DNA of 64,000 bases from Armatimonadota bacterium. GTDB taxonomy: Bacteria > Armatimonadota > Fimbriimonadia > Fimbriimonadales > GBS-DC. The notes beneath the pieces are model-generated. The model ran no database searches. It worked only from the letters and a program-made list of their open reading frames with translations, and had not been told where the DNA came from. The stretch lies in assembly GCA_037445735.1 (NCBI GenBank), contig JBBIJY010000002.1, positions 123,133 through 187,132 on the forward strand. Direction: 5' to 3'. The translations under genes and the position numbers were made by a program. Numbering within the stretch: the stretch's first letter is position 1; each line of letters begins with the position of its first letter. Of this stretch, positions 19,237-29,272 are shown piece after piece.

Positions 19237-20610
19237 ATGTTATTGACCATTACCACCACCTATCGTCCCGCGACCGATCTGGGCTATCTGCTGGGCAAGC
19301 ATCCCGCGCGGGTGCAGCGGTTTGAGCTGAACTGGGGCGAAGCGGTCGTGTTCTACCCGGAGGCGACCGAGTCGCGCTGTACGGCTGCGCTGCTGCTGGA
19401 GATCAACCCTGTGCTGCTGGCGCGCGGGCGCGAACAGCAACTGAGCGCGTATGTCAGCCCGCAAGCCTACACAGTGAACTCCATGATGAGCACCGCGCTC
19501 ACGAAGGTCTACCGCTCGGCGATGGCGGGACGCTGCAAGGATCGACCCGAGCTGGCGCAGACGCCCATCCCGCTGGAGGCGTTCATGCCGACCTTACCGT
19601 GCAGGGGCGGCGAGCCAATACTGCGCGCGCTCTTCGAACCGCTCGGCTACGAGGTGGAAGCCGGACCCATCCCGCTGGATGAACGGTTCCCGGAGTGGGG
19701 CGAGAGCCGCCTCTATCGCGTGCGCCTGCGCCACACCCTCCGCCTCTGCGACCTCCTGCGCCATCTCTACATTCTCATCCCTGTGCTGGACGGCGAGAAA
19801 CACTACTACATCGACGAGGCGGAGATCGAAAAGCTGGTTCGGCAGGGTCAGGAATGGCTGCCGGACCACCCGGAGCGCGAGCGTATCATCGCCCGCTATC
19901 TGAAGTATCGCCCGACGCTGGTGGAGGCGGCGCTCGCCCAGATACTGCGGGAGGAGACAACGCCCGAAAGCCTCGAACCCGAAACACCGAACTGGATGGA
20001 GCAGGCGCTGGAGAAGCCCCTGAACCTTCAGCAGCAGCGTGTCGGCGCGGTGCTGGTGACCCTGCGCGCGCTCGGTGTCCAGAGCGTGATCGACCTCGGC
20101 TGCGGCGAGGGCGACCTGCTCCTGCAGCTGGTCAACGAGCCGATGCTGAAGCGCATCGCGGGGCTGGATGTCTCCCTGCGCGCGTTGCGAATCGCTGAGC
20201 GCCGCCTCAAGCGCCATCTGCAACAGGAGCGCGTGCGCCTCATGCACGGCTCGCTGCTCTATCTCGATGACCGCTGGAAGGAGTATGAGGCGGCGGTGCT
20301 GATGGAGGTGATTGAGCATCTGGAGCCGACGCGGCTGGAGATGATGGCGCACGCCCTGTTTGGCTACGCCCAGCCCCGCGCCGTAATCATCACCACACCC
20401 AATCGCGAATATAACCCGCTCTATGGGCTGACCGAGACCCAGCGGCGCCATCCCGACCACCAGTTTGAGTGGACACGGGCGGAGTTTGAGGCGTGGGCGC
20501 GCCCGGTCGCCGAGCAGCACGGCTATCGCGTGCGCTTCATCGGCATCGGCGCCGAGCATCCCGAATATGGCTGTCCCACACAGATGGCGGTGTTTGAAAA
20601 ATGCGCATAG
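19237..20610 (+). CDS. hen1: 3'-terminal RNA ribose 2'-O-methyltransferase Hen1
   Basis: MLLTITTT..PATDLGYLLGKHP N-terminal domain; DLGCGEG, EVIEH, TPNREYN and RHPDHQFEWTRAEF. ATG lies 7 nt after TATAAT. Confidence 0.95.
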   Translation: MLLTITTTYRPATDLGYLLGKHPARVQRFELNWGEAVVFYPEATESRCTAALLLEINPVLLARGREQQLSAYVSPQAYTVNSMMSTALTKVYRSAMAGRCKDRPELAQTPIPLEAFMPTLPCRGGEPILRALFEPLGYEVEAGPIPLDERFPEWGESRLYRVRLRHTLRLCDLLRHLYILIPVLDGEKHYYIDEAEIEKLVRQGQEWLPDHPERERIIARYLKYRPTLVEAALAQILREETTPESLEPETPNWMEQALEKPLNLQQQRVGAVLVTLRALGVQSVIDLGCGEGDLLLQLVNEPMLKRIAGLDVSLRALRIAERRLKRHLQQERVRLMHGSLLYLDDRWKEYEAAVLMEVIEHLEPTRLEMMAHALFGYAQPRAVIITTPNREYNPLYGLTETQRRHPDHQFEWTRAEFEAWARPVAEQHGYRVRFIGIGAEHPEYGCPTQMAVFEKCA

Positions 20611-23105
20611 AAATCCCGGAGCTATCGGTTGTGGTGCTGGTGGGGGCGTCGGCGTCGGGCAAAAGCACCTTCGCCCGCCGATGGTTCGCACCGACCGAAA
20701 TCCTCTCTTCGGACGCCTGCCGCGCGATGGTCGCTGACAACGAGAATGACCAGAGCGCGACACCGCTGGCGTTCGAGATATTGCACGCCATCCTCGCCAG
20801 GCGGCTGGAGTTCGGCAAGCTCGCCGTGATCGACGCCACCAACCTTTATCGCGAGGATCGCCAGCCGTACATCGAGCTGGCGCGTCGGTATCATGCCATC
20901 CCTGTCGCGATTGTGCTGGCGCTGCCCGAATCGGTCTGCCTCCAGCGCAATCGCGAGCGCACGGATCGACAGCTGCGCGAGGCGGTCATTCGCGCGCATG
21001 GGCGAGCGGTGCGCCAGTCGCTGCGCCAGCTGGAGCGGGAGGGCTTCCGCTATGTGTATATCCTGCGCACGCCGGAAGAGGTGGACGCCGCCGAGATCGT
21101 GCGCGTGCCTCTGCGCCCCAACCGCCATCGCGACGACGCCGGTCCGTTCGACATCATCGGCGATGTTCACGGCTGCTACGACGAGCTGGTTCGCCTTCTG
21201 CAAACGCTCGGCTGGCGAACGGAGGGCGACTGCCCCATTCATCCCGACGGGCGCAAAGCAATATTTGTGGGCGACCTGGTCGATCGCGGTCCGAACTCGG
21301 TGGGCGTGCTGCAGCTGGTGATGCGCATGGTGGAGGCGGGTGTCGCCTACGCCATCCCGGGCAACCACGACAACAAGCTCCTGCGCTACCTGTGGGGGCG
21401 CAAGGTGCAGGTCTCGCACGGGCTGGAGCGCACGCTCGCCGAGCTGGAGCATCAGCCCGAACCGTTTCGCGACGCCGTGCGCCAGTTTCTGGAGAACCTG
21501 CCGAGCCATCTCGTGCTGGACAGCGAACGGCTGGTGGTCACGCACGCGGGCATCAAGCCCGAATATATCGGTCGCTCCTCGCCCGCCATCCGCGACTACT
21601 GCCTGTACGGCGAGACCACAGGCGAGAGCGACGAGTTCGGGCTGCCGATACGGGTCAACTGGGCGGCGGACTATCGCGGCAGCGCGCTGGTGGTGTACGG
21701 GCACATGCCGAACCCTGAACCGCTGTGGCAGAACAACACGGTGAACATCGACACAGGTTGCGTGTTCGGCGGCAGGCTGACCGCCCTGCGCTACCCGGAA
21801 CGGGAGACGGTCAGCATCCCCGCAGCGCAGGTCTACTATCAGCCGTTGCGCCCGACGGCTGATCGGGGCGCGGTCGCACGCATGCCCATCCTGCGCATCG
21901 AGGACGCGCTCGGCAAGCAATATATCGCCACGCGCCTGCACGGCACCATCCTGTTGCGAGCGGAGCAGACCGCGCCCGCCCTGGAGACGCTCAGCCGATT
22001 CGGAGTCGACCCGCGCTGGGTGGTCTACCTGCCGCCGACGATGGCGCCCGTCGACACCGCGAACGAACCCGACCTGCTGGAGCATCCCGATGAGGCGTTC
22101 GCCTACTATCGCCATCTGGGCGTGGCGCAGGTCGTGTGCGAGCAGAAGCACATGGGTTCGCGCGCGGTGGTGATTGTGTGCCGCGATAGCGCAACTCCAC
22201 GCCGACGCTTCGGCGTCCCGACCGAGGTGCCCGGTGTCATCTACACGCGCACAGGACGGCGATTCTTCAACAACAGCGCGTGGGAGCATGCCGTTCTCCA
22301 GCACCTGCAGGACGCCATCCAGAAGGCGGGACTCTGGGATGAACTGCGAACCGACTGGCTGATTCTGGACGCCGAGCTGATGCCCTGGTCAGCGAAGGCG
22401 CAGGAGCTGCTCAGTCAGCAGTACGCGCCGACGGCGGCCGCAGGTATTACTGCGCTGCAGCACGCGCTCGCGATAGCGCCTGACGAGCTGAAGCCCAACC
22501 TGCAGGCGCGACTGGAGTGCCTCCTGCGCTATCGCGACGCCTATCGCCACTACTGCTGGCAGGTGAACAGCCCTGACGACCTGCGCCTCGCGCCGTTCCA
22601 CCTGATGGCGAGCGAGGGACGGGTCTATGCCGACCAGCCGCACACATGGCATCTGGAGCAGATTGCCCGCCTGTGCGCCGCCGGGCAGGAACTGGGCAAA
22701 GCCATCCTTCAGCCGACCGAATGGAAGCAGGTGGACACCACCGACGCCCACAGCCAGGCAGAGGCAATCCGATGGTTTCTGGACTACACGGGGTCGGGCG
22801 GCGAGGGCATCGTGGTCAAGCCGCTGGCGTTCACCGTTCGCGCCGGGCGCGGGCTGGTTCAACCTGCGCTCAAGGTGCGCGGGCGCGAGTACCTGCGCAT
22901 CATCTACGGCGCGGAATACACCCTGCACCTCGAATCGCTGCGCGAGCGGGCGGTGGGTCGCAAGCGTGCGCTCGCCCTGCGCGAGTTCGCGCTCGGCATC
23001 GAGGCGCTGGAGCGATTCGTCCGCTATGAGCCGCTGCCGCGCGTCCATCAGTGCGTGCTGGGCATCCTGGCGCTGGAAGCCGAGCCTGTCGACCCCCGCC
23101 TGTGA
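20601..23105 (+). CDS. pnkp: Polynucleotide kinase-phosphatase (kinase + metallophosphoesterase + ligase domains)
   Basis: GASASGKST P-loop; GDVHG, GDLVDRG and GNHD; EQKHMGSRA ligase motif; GEGIVVKP; KVRGREYLRIIYG; C-terminal VDPRL. Confidence 0.95.
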   Translation: MRIEIPELSVVVLVGASASGKSTFARRWFAPTEILSSDACRAMVADNENDQSATPLAFEILHAILARRLEFGKLAVIDATNLYREDRQPYIELARRYHAIPVAIVLALPESVCLQRNRERTDRQLREAVIRAHGRAVRQSLRQLEREGFRYVYILRTPEEVDAAEIVRVPLRPNRHRDDAGPFDIIGDVHGCYDELVRLLQTLGWRTEGDCPIHPDGRKAIFVGDLVDRGPNSVGVLQLVMRMVEAGVAYAIPGNHDNKLLRYLWGRKVQVSHGLERTLAELEHQPEPFRDAVRQFLENLPSHLVLDSERLVVTHAGIKPEYIGRSSPAIRDYCLYGETTGESDEFGLPIRVNWAADYRGSALVVYGHMPNPEPLWQNNTVNIDTGCVFGGRLTALRYPERETVSIPAAQVYYQPLRPTADRGAVARMPILRIEDALGKQYIATRLHGTILLRAEQTAPALETLSRFGVDPRWVVYLPPTMAPVDTANEPDLLEHPDEAFAYYRHLGVAQVVCEQKHMGSRAVVIVCRDSATPRRRFGVPTEVPGVIYTRTGRRFFNNSAWEHAVLQHLQDAIQKAGLWDELRTDWLILDAELMPWSAKAQELLSQQYAPTAAAGITALQHALAIAPDELKPNLQARLECLLRYRDAYRHYCWQVNSPDDLRLAPFHLMASEGRVYADQPHTWHLEQIARLCAAGQELGKAILQPTEWKQVDTTDAHSQAEAIRWFLDYTGSGGEGIVVKPLAFTVRAGRGLVQPALKVRGREYLRIIYGAEYTLHLESLRERAVGRKRALALREFALGIEALERFVRYEPLPRVHQCVLGILALEAEPVDPRL

Positions 23106-23141
23106 GCAGGAAACCCATAAAGCCGTGCCTGTGCCAGCGAA

Positions 23142-23188
23142 TCAGACCCCCCTCTCCCGCAGCGTGGGAGAGGGGCTGGGGGTGAGGG
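23142..23188. repeat. REP-like palindromic repeat, identical to 24199-24245
   Basis: tcagacccccctctcccgcagcgtgggagaggggctgggggtgaggg. Confidence 0.9.
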
Positions 23189-23194
23189 ATTGCA

Positions 23195-23641
23195 TCAGGG
23201 AGTCAACTCCTTCACAACAACAATTGACACCTCCTGTACTCTTTTCAATTCTGTATCATTTGTGAGAAAGGCGGTGCAGTTCGCCTGCAGCGCTGTAGCA
23301 ATTTGTAAAGCATCGGGCAATTCTATACCGTATCGCGCACGCAGTTGAGCCGCAAGGCGACCAATGCGCTCATCCTGTAAAACAAACTCCACATTCGCTC
23401 CGTACACAATCAGGTCAAAATAATCTCTTTGAAGATCGGTTAACCCCCGAAGGTAGGGATGAACCAGACACTCCGCCAGCGTAATCACTGAGGTGATCGC
23501 TGTAATATCACCTGCGTCAATAGCTTGAAACAGCGGGGACACCAGCCCGTAATAGAGCGGGTGCTTCTCCGCGTAGTAGATGATGGGGGCTGTGTCGAGA
23601 AACACGCGCGACAGGTCTGGAAGCAGGTCAGCTATTCGCAC
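23195..23641 (-). CDS. PIN-domain (VapC-like) toxin
   Basis: VFLDTAPIIY, SVITLAE, LPDALQIATA and FLTND PIN acidic residues. Confidence 0.88.
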   Translation of the reverse strand: MRIADLLPDLSRVFLDTAPIIYYAEKHPLYYGLVSPLFQAIDAGDITAITSVITLAECLVHPYLRGLTDLQRDYFDLIVYGANVEFVLQDERIGRLAAQLRARYGIELPDALQIATALQANCTAFLTNDTELKRVQEVSIVVVKELTP

Positions 23642-23880
23642 TCTTTATCCTCCAGCAGCTGTTCGCGCTTGTGGGAGGATTCGCGCCTTGTGCGCGAGAC
23701 CCACTGCTGGGCATCCTCACCGACGAGCGGATAGGGCGCTTTGCCAGCAATCTCTGCCCACTTGCGACGCGGTTGCACCCCGCTAATCTGGCGATGCAGA
23801 TAAGCCATCAGCTCCCGCAACTCGTCAGGGCTGAGCTGCTTGATTGCCTCCATCAGGTGTTCCAGAGCTGGTGTTGCCAT
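23632..23880 (-). CDS. Putative antitoxin (82 aa) upstream of and overlapping the PIN gene
   Basis: Small ORF with GEDAQQWVSRTRRE motif, RBS GGAGG and GGGTATAAT upstream; overlaps the toxin start. Confidence 0.75.
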   Translation of the reverse strand: MATPALEHLMEAIKQLSPDELRELMAYLHRQISGVQPRRKWAEIAGKAPYPLVGEDAQQWVSRTRRESSHKREQLLEDKECE

Positions 23881-23969
23881 GACATTGCCTCCATAGAGGA
23901 TTATACCCTTTGCGCCTGAAAGGCGAGCAGGATTAAGTTAGCCCCCTTTTCACGGCGCGAGAGTCTTGC

Positions 23970-24245
23970 TCCCTCACCCGCAGGCGGGGCGAGGGCGAAT
24001 GAACCCCCTCGCCCCAAGCCTGGGGCGAGGGCGAATGAACTCCCTCTCCCCAAGCCTGTGGAGAGGGTTGGGGGTGAGGGGTTTCCTGCAGGCGTGAGAC
24101 ACTTAGCCCCCTCACCCGTACCCTCTCCCCCTTTGGGGGAGAGGGCTTCAGACCCCCCTCTCCCCAAGCCTTGGGAGAGGGGGCTGGGGGTGAGAGCTTC
24201 AGACCCCCCTCTCCCGCAGCGTGGGAGAGGGGCTGGGGGTGAGGG
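23970..24245. repeat. Cluster of ~6 CCCTCTCCC..GGGAGAGGG REP-like palindromes (BIME-like)
   Basis: Tandem hairpins with GGGGTGAGGG tails. 24085-24145 matches 52455-52530 in reverse orientation, including the linker. Confidence 0.9.
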
Positions 24246-24256
24246 CAAATACTCCC

Positions 24257-24652
24257 TCACTGCGCGCCTGATAGCTCGCTCGGTAGCACCACAGCGAAGC
24301 CGCCATACGCCAGCACCGCCTCCACAGCGGGCAGGTCGCGCTCGGTGAACTCACCCAGCAGCACATAGTAGCTCGGCTGCAGCTGCTGCAGAAGCGATAC
24401 CAGCTCGTCTTCCGACACCCTCACCAGATAATCGATGGAGTCCAGCAGGGCGAGTTGCTCCGCCGTGGCAGTATCGCTCGTCAGCAGGGCGATAATCAGG
24501 CAATCGCCAAGGGCGCGCGCTCGCTGCAGAAGGGTTGTCATCGCTGCGGACGGCTCCAGCCGCACGGGAGCCAGCACCACGACCCGATCCGCCTGCTTCA
24601 GTTCGGCGACCGCAGCCTGCAGCTGCTCTACAGACACGATTCTGGGGTTCAT
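24257..24652 (-). CDS. Degenerate RfaE/cytidylyltransferase-like small protein
   Basis: LLQRARALGDCLIIALLTSD and LALLDSIDY, LQPSYY resemble RfaE domain II, but HxGH is absent. Confidence 0.55.
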   Translation of the reverse strand: MNPRIVSVEQLQAAVAELKQADRVVVLAPVRLEPSAAMTTLLQRARALGDCLIIALLTSDTATAEQLALLDSIDYLVRVSEDELVSLLQQLQPSYYVLLGEFTERDLPAVEAVLAYGGFAVVLPSELSGAQ

Positions 24653-24690
24653 CGGCAGCGCGCCCCGTTCGGTATTATACCGAGCCAGCG

Positions 24691-25542
24691 ATGCGGGTGG
24701 GCGAGGCATTGCAGGAGGGGTCAGGGCGATTGGCGGCGGCAGGCATACCCGACGCGGAGCGCGAGGCGGAGCTGCTGCTCGCCGCCTGCCTGCGACGCGA
24801 TCGGGCATGGCTGCACGCCCATCCAGAGCAGGTGCTTCAGCCCGCTGAACAGCGTCGCTGGGAGCGATGGCTGACCCGCCGCGCACGACGCGAGCCGCTG
24901 GCGTACATCACCCATCGCCGCTGGTTCTACGGAATCGAGCTCACGGTGGCGCGGGGCGTGCTGATACCCCGACCGGAGACGGAACTGCTGGTGGAGCGGT
25001 TCCTGCGCTGGGCGGCAGAGCGAGGCACGGCGGGCGTGCTGGTGGATGCGGGCACAGGCAGCGGATGCATCGCGGCGGCGTGCCTGCTGAACGCGCCACA
25101 CTGGTGCGGGATCGGCATCGATCGGAGCCGTCGGGCGCTCCGTATCGCGGCTCGCAATCGCGCCCAACTGGGACTCTGCCGGCGGTGGCTGCTGGTTCAG
25201 GCGGACTGGCTGACCGCCCTGCGCCCTTTCAGCGTCGACGCGGTGCTGGCGAACCCGCCCTATGTGCTACCCGACGAGTGGGCGCAGCTGGCGCCCGAGA
25301 TCACGCGCTATGAGTCGAAACGCGCCCTGCTGCTGTCGCGCCGCGAACCGCTACAACCCTATCGCCAGCTCATCCAGCAGGCGCGACAGGTGCTGAAACC
25401 GAACAGCGTGCTGATTCTGGAGACCAGCCCGACGCTGGCAGATTCAGTGGCAGCCATGCTCGCGCAGCACGGCTATCGGCAGATCCAGATCGATGCTGAC
25501 CTCGCGGGGCTGCCGCGCGTCGTCAGCGCGGTTCAACCCTAA
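24691..25542 (+). CDS. prmC: Release factor glutamine N5-methyltransferase
   Basis: REPLAYI, VLIPRPETELLVE, DAGTGSGCIA, NPPY and DLAGLPRV. Confidence 0.93.
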   Translation: MRVGEALQEGSGRLAAAGIPDAEREAELLLAACLRRDRAWLHAHPEQVLQPAEQRRWERWLTRRARREPLAYITHRRWFYGIELTVARGVLIPRPETELLVERFLRWAAERGTAGVLVDAGTGSGCIAAACLLNAPHWCGIGIDRSRRALRIAARNRAQLGLCRRWLLVQADWLTALRPFSVDAVLANPPYVLPDEWAQLAPEITRYESKRALLLSRREPLQPYRQLIQQARQVLKPNSVLILETSPTLADSVAAMLAQHGYRQIQIDADLAGLPRVVSAVQP

Positions 25543-26720
25543 ATCAGCCCCTGCTGAACCAGCTGCTCGGCATTTTCGATGTTGCGGGCGACCTCGTTCA
25601 GGAACTCCGCGCCGCCCACGCCATTAATCAGGCGATGGTCAAAGGTCAGCACCAGGTTCACATGGGGCACGCCATCGATGGGGAAGGTATCGCCCGCGAA
25701 CAGGATTGCCACCGCGGGCGCGACCAGCACCGGTATCGCGTCGATCATCTGATAGCCGCCCATGTAGGTCAGCAGCAGCTGGATGGAGGCGTCCGCCTGA
25801 TCCTCGCCCTGCCGCGCGCGCCGAATCTGTGCCTGCACCGCGCGGATGAAGCTCACAAAGTCGAGCGCGGACGCCTCTTTGACCAGCGCGGTGACCAGCT
25901 CGTCGCCCGGTCGCGCGACGGCGATACCGAGGTTCACATGCTTATATTCGCGCAGGGTGTCCTCCCCAATCAGCTGGGAGCGGAACCTGGGGTGGTTGCG
26001 CGTTGCCTGCACCACGCAGTAGGCGAACACCTGAAACTCGGAGGGCTGTACGGGCGCGTTCGGTTGCGATTTGAGCTGGCTGACCACGCGCTGGATGGCA
26101 TCCCAGCGGGCGGGGCGCTTCAGCGTGGCAGGCACCACCACCTGACTGCTGCGCTTGACCCGATAGAGGAAGGTACGCTGCTGCGGCGCGAGCGGGTAGT
26201 CAATATATTCGGCTTCGGCGACCGCTGCGGAGCGCGTGGCGAGATAGGCGTCGATATCTTCGGGCATGAGCTTGGTGCCATTTGCAGCGGGGATACGGCG
26301 CAGCTCCTCTTCCGAGATGCCTTTCTCGCGGGCGTAGGCGCGCGTGCGAGGCGGAATGACCACATCGGTGCGGGGTCCCATCAACAGGGGTTCGCGGGGC
26401 GGTGCAGCGACGGTCTCCACTGCAGCGCTCGCTTCGGCGGCAGGCGCGGCGGGCGTCGCAACGGGTGCCTCCACAGCGCCCTCCACCTCGATGCGGGCAA
26501 TCGGCGCGCCAATCGGCAAAATGTCGCCCTCCTTCGCCAGCCACTCCACAATCACGCCGCTGTAGGGGCTTTCCACCTCCAGCGTGGCTTTGTCGGTCTC
26601 CATCTCGTAAAGATGCTCATCCCGCTGGACGCGCTCGCCCGGCTGCTTCAAAAAGCGCAGTACGCGCACCTCCTGCAAGCCCTCGCCCATCTGCGGCACC
26701 AGAATCTCCACAATCGCCAT
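25539..26720 (-). CDS. 2-oxo-acid dehydrogenase E2 (dihydrolipoamide acyltransferase)
   Basis: Lipoyl domain ETDKATLEV, Ala/Pro linker, C-terminal LTFDHRLING. Confidence 0.85.
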   Translation of the reverse strand: MAIVEILVPQMGEGLQEVRVLRFLKQPGERVQRDEHLYEMETDKATLEVESPYSGVIVEWLAKEGDILPIGAPIARIEVEGAVEAPVATPAAPAAEASAAVETVAAPPREPLLMGPRTDVVIPPRTRAYAREKGISEEELRRIPAANGTKLMPEDIDAYLATRSAAVAEAEYIDYPLAPQQRTFLYRVKRSSQVVVPATLKRPARWDAIQRVVSQLKSQPNAPVQPSEFQVFAYCVVQATRNHPRFRSQLIGEDTLREYKHVNLGIAVARPGDELVTALVKEASALDFVSFIRAVQAQIRRARQGEDQADASIQLLLTYMGGYQMIDAIPVLVAPAVAILFAGDTFPIDGVPHVNLVLTFDHRLINGVGGAEFLNEVARNIENAEQLVQQGLI

Positions 26721-26765
26721 CGTTTCTGCCCTCCATTGCGATGGTATATTGTACCCGCTTTCCCC

Positions 26766-27134
26766 CTATGGCGAACTCCCTCGCCGAATACGCACGCGAG
26801 TCGGCTCAAGAATGGTCAGGTTACCCTCGCACTGATCTATCCACTCCGATTCAAGCCAGCTCCGAATCAGTTGATGGATTTGCGCCGCACTTACGGCGGA
26901 TGGTAAGCGCAACACCACAATGCCTGAATAGGCATCTGGGGGATAATTGCGCACATCGGCAAACCCCAGATCGCCACTAATTAAACACAGGTTATTGCGC
27001 TGCGCGTAAGCTGCTATCTCCTCGTCAGGAGCGGCTCGTAAGCCCACATCCCGCACATGAAAGGCTTCATGCCCATACTGCTGGAACAGGTTCACCAGCG
27101 AGCGCGGTAAATCTTCGTCAATCAAGAAGCGCAT
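26766..27134 (-). CDS. DUF5615 PIN-like toxin
   Basis: MRFLIDEDLP..HVRDVGL..DEEI..GDLGF..GIVVLR. Confidence 0.85.
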   Translation of the reverse strand: MRFLIDEDLPRSLVNLFQQYGHEAFHVRDVGLRAAPDEEIAAYAQRNNLCLISGDLGFADVRNYPPDAYSGIVVLRLPSAVSAAQIHQLIRSWLESEWIDQCEGNLTILEPTRVRIRRGSSP

Positions 27135-27138
27135 CTGT

Positions 27139-27369
27139 CTACGGTTTCGCTGGCTGTAAGGGATAGAACAGTTCGCTATCTATCAATTCGGCAGCAAACT
27201 GCAAGGCTGCCCGGATATCCTCTTCGCTCAGCCCATATTCCTCCATGACTTCTTCAAAGCGCATCCCACTGGCTAAAGCGCCCAGCACACGCGCCACAGG
27301 CACTCGCGTGCCCGCAATCACCGGTTTTCCGTGCTGAATGCGCGGATCAATCTGGATGCGTGTTCCCAT
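27139..27369 (-). CDS. DUF433 antitoxin-like protein
   Basis: IDPRIQHGKPVIAGTRVPV..EDIRAALQFA. Confidence 0.9.
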   Translation of the reverse strand: MGTRIQIDPRIQHGKPVIAGTRVPVARVLGALASGMRFEEVMEEYGLSEEDIRAALQFAAELIDSELFYPLQPAKP

Positions 27370-27387
27370 CAGCGATCACCCACGCCA

Positions 27388-27409
27388 AGTATACCCCATC
27401 GGGTATACT
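27388..27409. promoter_or_regulatory. Perfect inverted repeat AGTATACCC-N4-GGGTATACT: back-to-back -10 boxes or operator
   Basis: Lies between divergent genes; each arm reads GGG-TATACT toward its gene. Confidence 0.6.
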
Positions 27410-27427
27410 CTTTCGCGGAGGGAAACA

Positions 27428-28204
27428 ATGCGAACCATAATCGTTGCGATGGCAGCAGCTTTACTGATCAGCGGTCTGCCCGCCCAGGACGCCAAAGCGT
27501 TCCTGAAGCAGGTGCAGCAAAAGTATCGCCAGATGAAGTCGATGGAAGCCACCGTCGTCATCAATTTTCAAGCCAGCGGCGGCAGCACCCCCATGAAGCA
27601 GCAGGCGCGTTCCTCGCTGGCAATTCAAAAACCGAACAAGGTGGCAATGAAATCTTCGGGCGGATCACCAATGGCACAGCAAGAGGTCTATTCCGACGGC
27701 AAGGATCTCTTTATCTACATGCCCGCAATGAAGCAGTATCTCAAGCGACCTGCCCCAGCTAACTTCGATGGTCCAGCCGCCGGCCTGCTCGGTTATCTTG
27801 GCATGCTGCTCGGCTTTGCGAACGAGAATCTGGACGATCCGAACTCGCGGGCGAAGTATGTGTTCAGGGGCAAGCGCACCATCGCGGGCAAGCCGACCCG
27901 AATTGTGGAGGTTACCGAGTCACGTCAGGGCATGAGCGCGAAAATACGCCTGTTTGTGGGCGAGCAGGATAAGCTCATCTATCGGCTGGAGATGGAGCAG
28001 CAGCTGCAGCAGGCGGCTGGTCAGCAGGGTCAACCTGCGCGACCGAGCCGGATAACCCTGCAGGCAGACATCCGCTATATCAGCTTCAATAAGCCCATCC
28101 CTGCCAGCCGATTCAAGTTCACCCCACCGAAGGGCACCACCGAGATGCAGATGCCCCGACCCAGCGGAGCGCCGATGACCCCACCCGGTGGCGGCGGACG
28201 ATAA
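27428..28204 (+). CDS. LolA-like/DUF2092 periplasmic protein
   Basis: Signal peptide; IQKPNK, VYSDGKDLFIYMP..KQY and FNKPIPASRFKFTPPKG motifs. Confidence 0.7.
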   Translation: MRTIIVAMAAALLISGLPAQDAKAFLKQVQQKYRQMKSMEATVVINFQASGGSTPMKQQARSSLAIQKPNKVAMKSSGGSPMAQQEVYSDGKDLFIYMPAMKQYLKRPAPANFDGPAAGLLGYLGMLLGFANENLDDPNSRAKYVFRGKRTIAGKPTRIVEVTESRQGMSAKIRLFVGEQDKLIYRLEMEQQLQQAAGQQGQPARPSRITLQADIRYISFNKPIPASRFKFTPPKGTTEMQMPRPSGAPMTPPGGGGR

Positions 28205-28220
28205 AACCCACAGGAGGTGA

Positions 28221-29240
<1,020 letters not shown>

Positions 29241-29272
29241 CAGAGCGGGTATGGCGGTATGCACCCCTCGCG

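Noticed and set aside
23970-24245. Possible CRISPR array
   Set aside because: Units are variable GC hairpins with short, partly repeated linkers and no unique ~35-nt spacers; they fit REP/BIME-like repeats.
23901-24348. ORFs of 119 and 96 aa, and similarly 52306-52970
   Set aside because: Translations (PSPPAPLP..GEG) are read-through of REP palindromes.
25600-25650. E2 active-site DHRLING read as an inactivating D-to-N change
   Set aside because: Asn at this position occurs in functional E2 enzymes.
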